DNA from: Diadema antillarum
Taxonomy: Eukaryota
Length of the DNA stretch: 64,000 nucleotides
Assembly: GCF_040938485.1 (NCBI RefSeq)
Contig: NW_027270973.1
Coordinates: forward strand, 186,001 to 250,000
Reading direction: 5' to 3'
Position numbers and translations under genes: made by a program. Below, piece by piece: positions 1 to 12,502 of the stretch; within the stretch, counting starts at the first letter, position 1, and each line of letters opens with the position of its first letter. The notes beneath the pieces were generated by a model that saw only the letters and a list, made by a program, of their open reading frames with translations, had not been told where the DNA came from and searched no databases.

Positions 1-185
1 TGTACTCTCCACTCCCTGCATAGGGATCATTCCATTCCAGCCAGTCTCCATTTTACAGGCGAGCACATGCTGATCAACCAACATACAAATTCTCATCCTA
101 CTAGGTACCAATTTGTACTCTTGGGTGGAGAGCACCAACGTGGACAAAGTGCCTTGCTGAAGTGCAAACGTGTCGGGCTTCACAG
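1..185. mobile_element. SINE-like fragment (MIR/L2-related core)
   Basis: CTAGGTACCAATTTGTACTCTTGGGTGGAGAG...AAAGTGCCTTGCT resembles the GGTACCCATTT..CTGGGTGGAG core of widespread invertebrate SINEs; recognised by eye only. Confidence 0.35.
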
Positions 186-410
186 GTTTTGTTGTTGTTT
201 TTTCGTTGTCCTTTATTTTTTCGTTTCGTTTGGTTTTCGTTTCTCTTTAACTTTATTTTAAGATTAAAAAGTAAAACAAGTGTTTTGAAATAAGATAACC
301 ATTTATTAACATGAAAACAGCAAACAACAAATATGTACAAGTATTCAGCATGTTGTCTCTTCCAAAGCCAATCCAAAAATGACCAGGGGTTGAGGAGCTC
401 CCCTTTTTAT

Positions 411-707
411 ATGGCGTGCCCAAGTCGGCACGACACCGTCCGAATTGCGCAAACTCGTCGTGCCAATGCGGGAAGTGCGTAAACTATGCGCAAACTATGC
501 GAAAACTATGCGTGAACTCGTCATGCCAGTTCGTGTCAATGTGGACACTGATGGGCACGCATTCGTGAACTATTCGTGAACTCGTCGTGAACTATGCATG
601 AACTAGTCGTGAACAGTGCGGGAGCCTCCCTGTTCATGCCCCAAAATGGCACGACTTGCCACGACAAAATCGTGGCCAAAAGTTGTGCAAGTGTAAGCCT
701 GGCATTA
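411..707. mobile_element. Non-autonomous DNA-transposon-like fragment with short internal repeats
   Basis: Repeated AACTATGCG / GAACTCGTCGTG units, ending in AAGTGTAAGCCTGGCAT-TA (Harbinger-MITE-like end); no left end found. Confidence 0.35.
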
Positions 708-1074
708 TAGTCTGATCACATTTCACTCTGCTTTGATATAAAGCCTGACTATCATTGAGAAGTCAAAAGCCAGTCACAGTATTGGGTTTCGTGTATCTCT
801 ATCTACTTTAAACATGACGTCACTAAAATGCAATGCAGTAAAGAAAAAGAGTTCCTTGGATGAATTGTTACTAAAGACTCAGTTCCATGTAAACCTAAAA
901 CGCAGCCCTTTGAAAATAATATAGTGATAGCGAAGAGAAATGAATGACTGCGTTGTCTGCGTATCAGGTTCAAGGGGAGGCCTGATCAACTAAAGCCGAA
1001 AAAACTCGACAGGGCCGGGCAGTGAAAATGAGTTATGATGAAACGCACGTTATTGTTAGTGTGAATTACTAGTA

Positions 1075-1258
1075 CAGTTTACTCCCGTTATAACGAACAC
1101 GTCACGGTTATAACGAAATTCCGGTTACAACGAAATAAAAATTAACATTATTTTTTTTTCTATGTTTTTATTGTGTATTTGTTCTGTTATAACGAAATTT
1201 CGATATAACGAAAGAAAACTGCAGCTCCCGAGGACTTCGTTGTAACGGGAGTCCACTG
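1075..1258. mobile_element. Tc1/mariner (pogo-like) MITE
   Basis: TIRs CAGTTTACTCCCGTTATAACG / CGTTGTAACGGGAGTCCACTG flanked by TA on both sides; internal TATAACGAA repeats. Confidence 0.7.
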
Positions 1259-1299
1259 TAGTCAATTTATTCCTTAAGGCCCCTTCACACCTGAGCGAA

Positions 1300-2430
1300 T
1301 TGCCTGAAATATGACTTGCTAACTCTGCTCAACACAATAATTATGATATTTCAAGTACTGGTACAAGTCACTTGGTTTGCTTTTGACATACAATGCCTCG
1401 TTTTGATGGAATATGACGCAAACCGGATGATTCGTGCTTTTTTTGTCTTGTTCTGTTCGTGTTCATGTGTAAGTCTGCTCCATAATGCATTGAGTGAGAT
1501 TACAAGTGATGTATTGTTTTGTATGACTGGAAGTGTAAGAACCTACATAGTCGCAATCTTGAACCCAGAAATTTACATCCCATAGAACTGAGATATGAGA
1601 ATGAACGCTGATTTCTGCGTCAGCAATGGGAGAGTCAGTTATATTCAGTCAGGGTGCTGTCACCATTATCATACATTCGCAGTTGCTATTGTTTTGATTA
1701 GCTAGAGATGTCCTCTCATCTTCATTTTCTATCTGATGATGTTTCTTGCTGTCAGATATCTACATTAGATCATCCCCCTTTTGTGACGTATTGAATTACT
1801 GACGTCACTTGTTGTAACGGAGGAGGTGGTGCATTTAGTTCCAAATGGAATGATCGAGAAGCAGTTATAGCCAACACTAACACGTATGAAGTTAACTGAA
1901 ATGCCTTCATAGTTATCACGGTTATTTGTAGCATAGCATTATGTTTGATTAATGTCATATAATTCGGGATTGTAGGACTGTAAGGCCGATTTCGCCCATT
2001 CATTGAGTTGTTATACTATAGCTAAACATGTAAATGGCTTAAAAAGTATATTTTTGAAGATGTTTCGGTAATGTCATCTAAGTTTTGTATTACACACTGT
2101 CATTAGTATAATATGACACATTAGTTAAACGGTTAATGCTGGTAGTATGAAGCGTTCATATTGTTCTATCATTATGATTGACATTCTTAAGCAATCCTTT
2201 ACAACACGCTCTATAGTATGGTGATAAGATCATTACACCATCCAAGACTTCTGTTTACCGATACTTCTAGTGAAAATCAATAATGGTAATGATTTAAAGT
2301 TACAGTGTAATTGTGTATTTTTTTAAAAGAAATCTCATCATCTATCTACCGCCTTACAAAGTATATAATTATACCATTATTGGCAGTCTTCTTCTTTGCT
2401 CTCTCTGTTCTTCTCTCTCCTCTCTCTAAA
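1300..2430 (+). repeat. Non-coding block duplicated at about 55600-57130
   Basis: e.g. TGACGTATTGAATTACTGACGTCACTTGTTGTAACGGAGGAG (1783) vs TGACGTATTGGAATTACAGACGTCACTTGTTGTAACGGAGGAG (56401); colinear similarity continues to the CT-rich end. Confidence 0.75.
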
Positions 2431-2435
2431 AGAAC

Positions 2436-2490
<55 letters not shown>

Positions 2491-2600
2491 CGTGTGTATA
2501 CATAATCTGTATTATGAGTGTCGATGCATTTGGCGTGTTTTGAGTGCTTTTACAGCTTTTTTTCAAATAAATATTGCGCAAACTATGCAAAAGGATGATA

Positions 2601-2762
2601 NNNNNNNNNNNNNNNNNNNNNNNNNNNNNNNNNNNNNNNNNNNNNNNNNNNNNNNNNNNNNNNNNNNNNNNNNNNNNNNNNNNNNNNNNNNNNNNNNNNN
2701 NNNNNNNNNNNNNNNNNNNNNNNNNNNNNNNNNNNNNNNNNNNNNNNNNNNNNNNNNNNNNN
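2601..2762. other. Assembly gap (further gaps at 12780-12913, 15536-15703, 32466-32594, 58685-58854)
   Basis: Runs of N. Confidence 1.
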
Positions 2763-2785
2763 CGCGTGTTGGAATAAGGGCATGA

Positions 2786-2895
2786 AGACGATGAAGACAA
2801 ACAAGTTGACATAATGCATTAGAATCCAACTTCATTTATTTACAAATAAATGAAGTTGGATTCTAATGCATTATGTCAACTTGTTTGTCTTCATC

Positions 2896-2899
<4 letters not shown>
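2786..2899. repeat. Perfect palindrome: 56-bp arms, 2-nt spacer
   Basis: 2786-2841 is the exact reverse complement of 2844-2899; followed by (TA)n(GA)n. Confidence 0.95.
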
Positions 2900-2963
<64 letters not shown>

Positions 2964-2967
<4 letters not shown>

Positions 2968-4403
2968 TGTTCATAATGTTTGCAACATAATATCGCGTAA
3001 TATAGGTGTTATAAATAGATTGAAATTTCATATTCCACTAAAAATATTACTTATGTTATATTCGTCGTTAATATTGCCTCATTTGAATTATGGAGTTTTA
3101 GTTTGGGGCAACACGCATCAGAGTTTATTTGAAAGAGTGTCCCTCTTGCAAAAGAAAGCCCTTCGCGTTATCTGCCATTCCCCTGTACGTTCTCATACAA
3201 ATACCTTGTTTGCCTCTAACAAGCTCTTAAAAATTAAAGATCTGTTTTTGTATAATTTAGGGCAATTTATGTACAAGTATTGCAACAATTTGCCTCCATC
3301 TATTTTTGATTCCGCTGTTCCTCAAAAATCAATCATTTCATGAATATCCCACTACGCGTTCCAATGAATTCATTTACCCCTTTTACGAACGATCCTTGCT
3401 AAAAACACACTTATTTATATAGGCCCAAATTATTGGAATTCTTTGAATCATGATATAAAAAACGCCATGTATCCATATATTCTTTCAAGAGGAGACTGAA
3501 GTCCTTTCTATTGCAATCGTATGACTCTACAGCACTGAACCAGCCATTTGGCCTTCTTTCTCACATACTGACTTACTCACCTTTTCTCCTCTTTGAAGAA
3601 TAAATTGTAATCTTTTGGATGTTTGTTGTCATCTATGCTATTGCCCAAAGCGTCAAAGAGTTGAATTTCTGTCTGTTACTCCTGTTCATACGTCCCTTCA
3701 TTTCCTTGTTTTTCTCTTTTCAGGCGTTACAATATCACTTTTTTTTTCTCCACAACTATCATCTGTTTCTCTTGACATGCTTCTGCCAAAGATCGCTGTC
3801 TCTGTTGTGCATTTTCGTTTGCTATTTTGTCATCTGTTTGTTAGTCTTGTCCATTCCGTTTTGTCCCGTACAGTCTTTTCTTCAGTAGTTGTTTTGTTGT
3901 CTAGTCTTGTTTCATGTTTGTTCGCGTTTGTTAGTCTTGTCCATTCCGTTTTGACCCGTACAACCTTTTCTTCAGCAGTTGCTTTGTTGTCTAGTTTTGT
4001 TCTATGTTTGTTCGCGTCTATGAAAGTAAGTGTATTTATCTGGGAATATATATTCTCAGTGGGCTTCCAGACTACTTCCTCTTCTTTTTTCTTTTTTTTT
4101 CCTTTTGTATTTATGATGCTTTAATTAATCTTCCCATCGATGTTATTTTTCCAGAGGGGAAACATTCTACAAGCTCTGTCTTTTTAGTGGGTCTCTCCAT
4201 TTTTCGCACTTTAAGCAAGGTTATACATGTACTTCATTTCGACCACTTCTGTTTCTTTTTTACTACAATGTATAATAAGGTCCTCAAATATGTACATTCT
4301 TTTCAATACATAATGTACTGTTTACCTTGTTCTCTGTTGTCAAAAGAAGTGTAACATATATGTTTTGTCGAAAAATGAAATAAACTTTGAATTGAATTGA
4401 ATT
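2964..4403 (+). mobile_element. 5'-truncated L2/Crack-type (CR1 group) LINE: end of ORF2 plus 3' UTR
   Basis: ORF 2873-3343 encodes ISRNIGVINRLK..LYSSLILPHLNYGVLVWG..LQKKALRVI (post-RT region); a frameshifted continuation reads GPNYWNSL; ends with AATAAA followed by a (GAATT)n tail. Confidence 0.85.
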
Positions 4404-6019
4404 AAAAAAAGGAAGGGCGGAAGAGATCAAAGAAAGCAAATGAAGTGTTTAGTTTTCTTATGCTTGAAAGGTCATATGAAATATATAAGTTTGTCCTGTT
4501 ATAGACCTCTACTCGCTACATTCGAACAAACATCACTCTCCACAAGGAAATGGACACACACAATTCTTTTTAAATGTTTACAGCCAAAGAAATGCATCAT
4601 TTCAATGCAATATGCCAGCTACTTATATTGCGGATAATAATCATACATTACAAATCATATGTCCGCGAACAACGACACAGATCTTGTCCCCAAAGCTGGT
4701 CTTTCAAACTGAAATCATTCCCTTGTGGCTAAATCAGAGTGACTCAACTCTTTCTTGCAAAACTTGAACATTATGTCAAGTCGTTGTGACCTCATTACAA
4801 ACAACCCCATTTTCCGTTAGAAGTTATACAGATATTGTATAATTGTTGATAGTGTTATATTAAGTGGTACGCGCAGGATAAGGATCATAGAGTTGCTGCA
4901 AATTTTTTTTTTCTTGAATCTTAGTATTATGAGGTGAAGTTGTCATTTCGCCTTCTCATTCTCAAGGGTTGCTGGTTTGTCAATTCATTTGTGCGTGAGA
5001 ACCCCATTAGTGTGTGCTCTGGGTGAAACATGTCTTATTACTTTTATCATGAGGCTATATTTGATTCACTTTTATTTGCATGTAGTTACGTCATTATGAA
5101 TCTTTCACTTCCATTTATCAGTTATAAAGGTTTTCACATCCTCTCATTTATATGATTCTCTCTCTTATCAAAAAGTGTAGGTTTATACATACAAGCTTAC
5201 ATGCACGATACGTTGATATGATTATATACGTAAACAACCAAATGCGTAATGATATGCTCCACACCGATACTTAGGACCATAGGATTGAATTGACATCAAT
5301 TGTATAGGAGATGATGACCCATCCTCTCTGTACAGTAATTGAACATAACCTGTGTCTAGCATTATCAGAACAATTCAACTTGACTGGTGGAAAGATAACA
5401 CGATTGACATACTATGGCCATGATTGGCATGGATACTTTACGCCAAAATAATCTTCAGCGAAACTTTGATCTCAACTCTTTGATAGGATAGACCTTTCTT
5501 CTGTGAGGGTTGTTCAAAGGACGAACTTAATATACGGTCTGCTCCTAAATTTCTTGCATCCTGTCATAAACAAAGGCAAACACGTGAGTAGGGATTATAA
5601 TAGGATCATAACAACAAGGGCACGCGTTTCGAGTGAGAAGAAAGCAAAGAGATTAGTGTAATCTCGTTGGAAGAAAGCTACTGTCTCAGTGTATTGTTTG
5701 TGCGTCGGTTCAATTGCAGCGCGGCTGTCATGCTTTCAGTCTATACCTGAGGAATGGAACTACATCAGCCAGGGAAAGAACTCGAGTGACAAATCAGTTA
5801 TGATACGAACTACGTCCCAGTCTGTGCCGTTATTACCAAACCTCATTTGGTCCTTTGATTTGACCTGTCAGACTTTCTCTGAATGGAAACTTATGAACTT
5901 CCCAACGATATCCGGCCATACGGGGAATCGAAAAAAAAAATATTTCACTTGGCTGCACACGTCAAACGTTCTCACCCAACATGCCTTATACTAAATTAAG
6001 GTCGTATACACTTTCCAAC

Positions 6020-6176
6020 ATGGCTGATTGATTACACTCTCTTCTCGATCACTAAACTCTATGTAAACTATTGATAACATACACAGAGATCAGTGTTCTC
6101 GATCACACTTCAAACTCCTTTCCTACCAAGCGACATCGACGCCTGACTATATAAGTTCAGTAAATTGCAGCTTAAA
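6020..6176 (+). pseudogene. Type C pmar1-like exon-1 remnant 1
   Basis: ATG GCT GAT TGA (early stop); an insertion between duplicated TTCTCGATCAC; then PTKRHRRLTI-(4-bp TAAG insertion)-FSKLQL; no exon 2 found. Confidence 0.65.
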
Positions 6177-6258
6177 TCCAACCTCGAATATATGTTCATA
6201 CATGCGTATTATATTAATACACAGTGCTCGATATTAGCCATTACCAGGTGAACCGGGA

Positions 6259-6342
<84 letters not shown>

Positions 6343-7069
6343 ACATTTGGGCCACCAAAATTAAAGAAAAACAAACAAAAAAGTCAAGAACATTAAATGA
6401 ATTGGACAGGAGTCAAATGTGATTTGACATCAATGTTTCTCGTATTTCTTTTCTTTTTAAGGCGAAAGAGTTTATGAGGTTAGTACCCCATATGAATTAT
6501 TGAAACTTCGAATCTATTCATTTTCTCTATTTCTTTTTCAATAGTGACAATTTCACGGTGTCTTTTTTGGTTTGATTTGACTGCATTTACTGGAGTCATC
6601 TTGAGCATGGGTGAGAATTTGGTTTTGCTCTTCATAAAGATTTTCAGAGATGAATTATTTGGAGATTAAAACTGACTGTTAGTCATTCCTATTGATATGC
6701 CATAGTCAGATTTACCTTAACGTGCGAAAATTGCCGATACTCTTAAACGATATACATCCAACTTCAACAGTTATATTTGCCATTTATTGATAATCTTAAT
6801 TCAAACTGTAGCAAAAAGCAACGTGACAAGGAATCAAATCACAATCTGCGCTGATTAAGAGACCATACCGAGAAAGTATCCAGGATCTGCAAATAGAACC
6901 AGGTTCTGCAACAGTCGACTGTATTGTTCCTCCACTTCTTTTGTTCCTTGTCGATCTTAGGAAGTTGCTACAAGGGTATTGTTTGGTTTGTCGGCAGCGG
7001 ACCGACAATCAGACCGCTAGTGAACAAAGGAAAAGTCATAGCTCTCCTGTAACAATGTGTAATCTGCGA

Positions 7070-7195
7070 CATGGATTAGGACACTCGCACTCCTCTTTGA
7101 ATAACTGAAGTCGGTGGGCATTCATGAAACTAATGAATAGTTACCTCATACCTAATCCTGTCAAACCCATTGGTCGGTTTATTTGACCAATCAAA
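7070..7195 (+). promoter_or_regulatory. Type A proximal module: Otx, TCF and paired CCAAT sites
   Basis: GGATTA 7073, CTTTGAA 7095, TAATCC 7153, ATTGG 7169 and CCAAT 7187; conserved upstream of A2 and A3. Confidence 0.55.
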
Positions 7196-7386
7196 CAACT
7201 TTGCTTGTAAAGGGCTTGTGAAAGTGGTGATTGGCTTCTCCAATTCATAACCCACTTAATCACTGCAAGGCTACCAGCTACTTTGCTACTGTCACCACAC
7301 CTCATTCAGATTTTCTTGCAGTTAAGTCGCACCTCTGAGGTTTTTCCTACAAACCGATATCTTTACAAACCCAATCCCAATCCGGT

Positions 7387-8416
7387 ATGGCTGATTCACT
7401 GCTCTCCCTTCTCCCTCAAGTCTCGACGTCCGTTCCTATCAAAGGTCTTCGTCGTAGACGTCCGACCGTGTTCACCGAATGGCAGCTGGAGAAGCTGAAG
7501 GCTGAATTCGACATCGACCGATATCCCGACATCGTTTCTAGAGAGAAACTGGCTGCCTCACTCGGCCTCGATGAAGACAGAATACAAGTATGTAAAGTAG
7601 ATGTATAAGATGTATAAAATAAGTGATGAAGCAAAGTTGATTATCTCTTGTAATACTGTTTTGATATTACTGAATGTAGATTGATGGTTTCAAATTACAG
7701 CTATCACTTTATTGACTGCTATTGCAATGGAATACCTGATATGAATCAAAATTTGGGAGTCAAACACTCTTAGCACAGCAGCGAGAATATGAATGGCCGA
7801 GGTTAAGAAGCACGTCCTTTTATATGTTCTCCTCGACATTTGATGACAAAAAAAAAAAACAATAAAAAATGTTTATGCATGAAGCAAAATGCTAACGTCA
7901 GATTTGTTCTTTGTTTATCTTCAGGTCTGGTTCCAGAATCGTCGTTCACGCCTTCGTCGAGCTTCACTCAACTCCCTCTCTGCTCGACCAGACACCAGAG
8001 ACAACCAGATCAACAGGTCAACCGACATCAAGGGAACAGAGTCTTCATCCACAAGAAACCGTAAGCGATCAACGGAATGCGACGTCATCGACCAGGAGAA
8101 CACACCGCCGCCCAAGAAGCTCGCCATCAACGACTCACCGATGTCAGTCAATTTCCTGTCTCGTAGCAGCCGATCACCGGGTTCCTGGTCGACTTTCCGT
8201 ATTAGCGACGAACGTGACACCCTGAGTTTACAGCAGACGACATCTCATCAAAAGCGGCAGGGCGCCACCAATCCCTTGATGTCTGTAGACTTCCTCTCCC
8301 GAAGCAGCCGACCGACTTCTTCGTATCCATCGCCATACCGTGAAGGGAGTCTCTACCACAGCCCGTCTCCATTCTACATGGTTGGTCATCCGTATGTCTT
8401 CGTTGTACCGCACTGA
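7387..8416 (+). CDS. pmar1: pmar1/micro1-family PRD-class homeobox repressor, copy A1 (exons 7387-7587 and 7925-8416; 230 aa)
   Basis: Homeodomain RRRRPTVFTEWQLEKLKAEFDIDRYPDIVSREKLAASLGLDEDRIQ|VWFQNRRSRLRR; GT-AG phase-0 intron at codon 46/47; motifs MSVNFLSRSSR and MSVDFLSRSSR. Family assignment is from memory of echinoid Pmar1/Micro1. Confidence 0.8.
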
Positions 8417-10576
8417 ACGCTGTGATGCTGCCACACATTTAATAGGAGGGACTTAGATGTGATGTGTAATATCACATGTTGAGACATTTGATTCTTTGCT
8501 GGAAACAAACCCTTCAGCAAGCTTCCGACTTGTTTCTGTTATCTGAGACACTCGCGATGATGGCTGAATTGAATTCAGCAACATTGTTGTTTATTATGAT
8601 GTCTATTAATAACCATTGTCTTTTGACAAGTAGATCTTCTTCATTTCAACCTGTTTCATTCCATTGGCATTTGTAGAGTGATCGCATGATTTTGTTTCTT
8701 ATTCATGGATGTGTGAACATGTATGATAAGTTACACTGTGTTTCCGTGTGTGCGTGAGGCATGTGTGTGTGTGTGCGTGTGTGTGTGCGTGTGTGTTAAC
8801 GTTTATCGTGTGTTTGTGCTTGAGTGAAATTAAGAGTGAGGTGAAAATGCAGTATTGATGAAACAGTACAGAATAATGGCAGAAATTATTCTGGTTAAAA
8901 GCAAAAGCAGAAGCAAAAACAAAAACAAAAACAAAAACGTGCGACTTTGAGTTACACGTACGTACACACAGTAATCCACACGCATCACGTCATTTACATC
9001 GCACAATATCATGACAGATATTCTTTTTAATTCTTGCCTTTATTAAATCTATAGCACACGAGGAGTGAGGAAGAAATTTATTTGACACAAGTTTATACCA
9101 GGAGAGTATACTCTTCAAAAAATACACCCACACGCACACACACACACAAGAAACACTTTTTGAACTGATGAGTTAACTTTTCCATGAAAAAGTGTAAATT
9201 CCTGCAGTCTCCAGAACATTCTTTTCTTGTCGAAAGAGAGTAGGTCACAAAGACGCCCTTTTATGTAAATTAGTTGCGGTGATGTTCTTATGACATTACA
9301 AATCTTTAATTAGTTTGTGCATGACAATAATATGGATTTTATTTTTCTTCTTAATAATTTGACTACATAACAAAAATAAAACAATAGCGTCAACTTTGAC
9401 ACAGACTGGAGCTTCACTTTACTCTTGACAAATATTTAATATCATGTATTAGTGGGAGATTCTGTACCAGCACTTACCGCGTTTTAATCCTTCACCGAGT
9501 CAGACTAGTACCATAACCACAGTGCCAGGTAAACACTTTTCAACACCATGACAATATACTTTCTACACCTGTCAGTGCATGTGGCCCTCTATTGACTGGC
9601 TTGTGTTAGGGACATCGATGTTTTTGCATTGTGTATTCAGGTATAGCATGGACAAAATAAATGTAACACGTAGGAACAGATGTAACAGTAACTCGAAATA
9701 TATTAAAGTTAATCAAAGACCTTGAGAATTCATCACAAAGAACAATAGCATAATGACCACAACAATATACTGGCAAATCTCTTGGGCTAAGATATTGATC
9801 ACCATGTAGGTCTTTAAGAAAGAAAAAAAAAAACTTACAACGAGAAAATCACTTCGGTCTTGTGACGTATGAAAATATGTTACACGGGATTATTCTTACC
9901 AACTGGCCTTAATTTTGTGAGAGTGAGCTTGATATTCTGTGATCCTGACTTCGATTCCGACAGGTCATTAGTGGACAAAGAATTATGTGTTACCTGGGTG
10001 ATGAATGGATATCTGGCAATGTTGTTGTTTTTTATAACAATAATATGGTCCTCTGCAGTGAAGTGCTAACATTTAGACTGTCTTATGACATCTTGACTAT
10101 TCTGGATAAATGAAAGCAAATTCTGCCCTGATGCTATCATTATGACCCTATTGCTGTTCGTCATTATTGTTATTTGCATAGAGATAATTCGACTCATAGG
10201 CACACGCGACATGAAATACAAACAAACGCAAAACGTCTGGGTGTAGACTATGAGTAACAGTAGTTATCAGTTCTTAGTTACTGTTATACATTATGAACCC
10301 GAATCGGGAATAAATTTGATATCGAGGGTAAGGATAACGGTTTGCACACAGCACACAGGGTAATAATTGTAATCATATCTTGTTTGAGCATCAGCTTCGC
10401 TTTCGCATCGTCTAGGCCTATACGACACTATGCGACTCGAAGAAGACTGTGACTGACAGACTCCGCCGGACACTCTTTAGAACTAACGTGACTAACGGCT
10501 ACCTTGAATCACATCTTGTAAAAGATTTCCATGGAAAGGGGGCACGTCCATACATTCCTCTAACAATGGAACAAAC

Positions 10577-10606
10577 CAGTGCCGTATATATTAACATACG
10601 GCACTG
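10577..10606. mobile_element. 30-bp internally deleted hAT remnant
   Basis: CAGTGCCGTAT-ATATTAAC-ATACGGCACTG flanked by GAACAAAC/GAACGAAC (7/8 TSD); ends match the TIR at 52483; absent at the paralogous B2 site (about 27250). Confidence 0.7.
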
Positions 10607-11038
10607 GAACGAACAAAGGCGGAGTGTGACAAGTGAATAGGGATGATAGGCGCAATGATTAAGCGTACGCACCGCGCGCGAGCTATTCGGCTATTGTTAG
10701 TGCATTGTTGAAATAAGCAGATTGATTTTTGCCGGCGAATTAATGACCATCCATGACTGGTCAGAAGTGGTTGCTTTTGTTTTGAATAGAATAGATTTAC
10801 CGCCTCGTCCATCCTGTTAATGCCATTGGTTACATAGTCTGACCAATCAACTATTCCCCACCATACATGCAGCACAGATAGGACTTATAGCTTTCCGTGA
10901 AATGAAAACTACGGAACGGAATCAACTGGGACAGAAGCTAATCACAAGCTATTTATCTTCTTACCTGGCTGAACGTCCAAACACGATTATCCGTCACTGA
11001 TCCCTCAAACATCTCCCAGGCTAAAATCGCTATCCAAC

Positions 11039-12102
11039 GTAGCTGATTCGTCGCTCTCACTTCTGCCTCACGTCCCGATGTCTGCTCCTTCCAAGCGACC
11101 TCGTCCTCGACGTAAGACTAGGTTCACCGAATGGCAACTCGAGAGAATGAAGGCCGAGTTGACCAATATCCCGACATCGTTTCCAGGAATAAACTGGCAG
11201 CTACACTGGGCCTGAATGAAGACAGAATACACGTAGGTTTCATTGTCATCTTAAATATAGTATCTGGCATGAAAAGATGTAGTCGACCAATATCTAAGTT
11301 ATTAATTAATTCAAATAATTTCAATTGACTTTTAAATGACACTACATATTAATATTGCTGATAGTCACAGAGTTTCTTAATTTGAAATATCCAGTTTAAT
11401 TATGTCCAATGTAAGCATAACAATGGGGGCAAACGAAACAACCTCTCATTTAAAATTCTACTTGCTTTAACTGAATGAATACTGATTCAGTTTTTATATA
11501 AATCAAGCAGTAATCGAAGATGTGTAATGTCTTAAGAGGCAGAATTGATTAGGCTTTGCATGAGGATGATGACATCAGACTGTTGGTTTTGGGGGCTTGG
11601 CTTAATCCTGATTTCATCATTTTCTTTCCAGGTCTGGTTTCAGAACCGTCGCTCACGTCATCGTCCATCCTCCCTCAAGTCCTTCTCACCTCCCATCGAC
11701 AACCGTCTCGGTGTTGCGGAAAGTGAGACCCACTATCTGCGTAAGAGGAAATGCTTTGCTACAAGCGACGCCATCGACCAAGAGAACACACCGCCGCCCA
11801 AGAAGTTCGCCATCAACGATTCATCGATGTCAGTCGATTTCCTGTCTCATAGCAGCCGATCGTCGGATTCCGGGTCGACTTGCCGCATCAGCGAGGGGCG
11901 TGAAGTCATCAGTTTGCAGCAGACGACATCTCATCGAAAGCAGCAGGGCGCCACCAATCCCTTGATGTCTGTAGAGTTTCCCTCCCGCAGCAGCCGACCG
12001 ACTTCTTCGTATCCATTGCCATACCGTGAAGGGAGTCTCTACCACAACCCGTTGCCATTCTACATGTTTGGCTATCCTTATGTCTTTGTCGTACCTTACT
12101 GA
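11039..12102 (+). pseudogene. pmar1: pmar1-family type B pseudogene, copy B1 (exon 1 about 11039-11232; exon 2 11632-12102)
   Basis: Compared with B2: ATG changed to GTA at 11039; 7-bp deletion (CGACATC) in the homeobox at 11160/11161 causes a frameshift; second eh1-like motif decayed to MSVEFPSR; exon 2 still open. Confidence 0.85.
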
Positions 12103-12459
12103 ACACTGTGATGCTGCCGCACTTTCAAAGCAATTGTAGTCTCTATTACCACAGCCCATCGCCATTCTACATAACGATTTCAGTATAATATATCATCATG
12201 CCATCTTGATCCTGGACATTCGTCGTATAACGAGTCGTAGTGAAACCTGTTCTGTGACGTGGAGCAACGGTTTTGTTTTCGTTATCATAATAATGCACCA
12301 TGACTTTCAGCTTTGAACAGAATTCTGAGTTATGATTGCAAATAAATACATCTGTTTATTACCAAATCATTTTCTTTGGACAAATTTGTCATTCAGGAGT
12401 AATTTTATTAAATTAACATGTATGACCGTTGTGTGGCTGGATGAATTCGTATGAATAGT

Positions 12460-12502
<43 letters not shown>

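Noticed and set aside
2311-2835. ORFs containing YIYI/CVCV/X runs (also near 12.5, 15.5, 29.1, 32.4, 47.3 and 58.7 kb)
   Set aside because: Microsatellite and N-gap artefacts
7889-8416. Single-exon 175-aa protein (likewise the ORFs at 11545, 24171, 28317 and 37245)
   Set aside because: The N-termini are intron sequence read through the acceptor; the true start is in exon 1
7911-8438. Overlapping and antisense ORFs repeated at each homeobox exon 2
   Set aside because: By-products of GC-rich coding sequence; lengths and stops vary between copies
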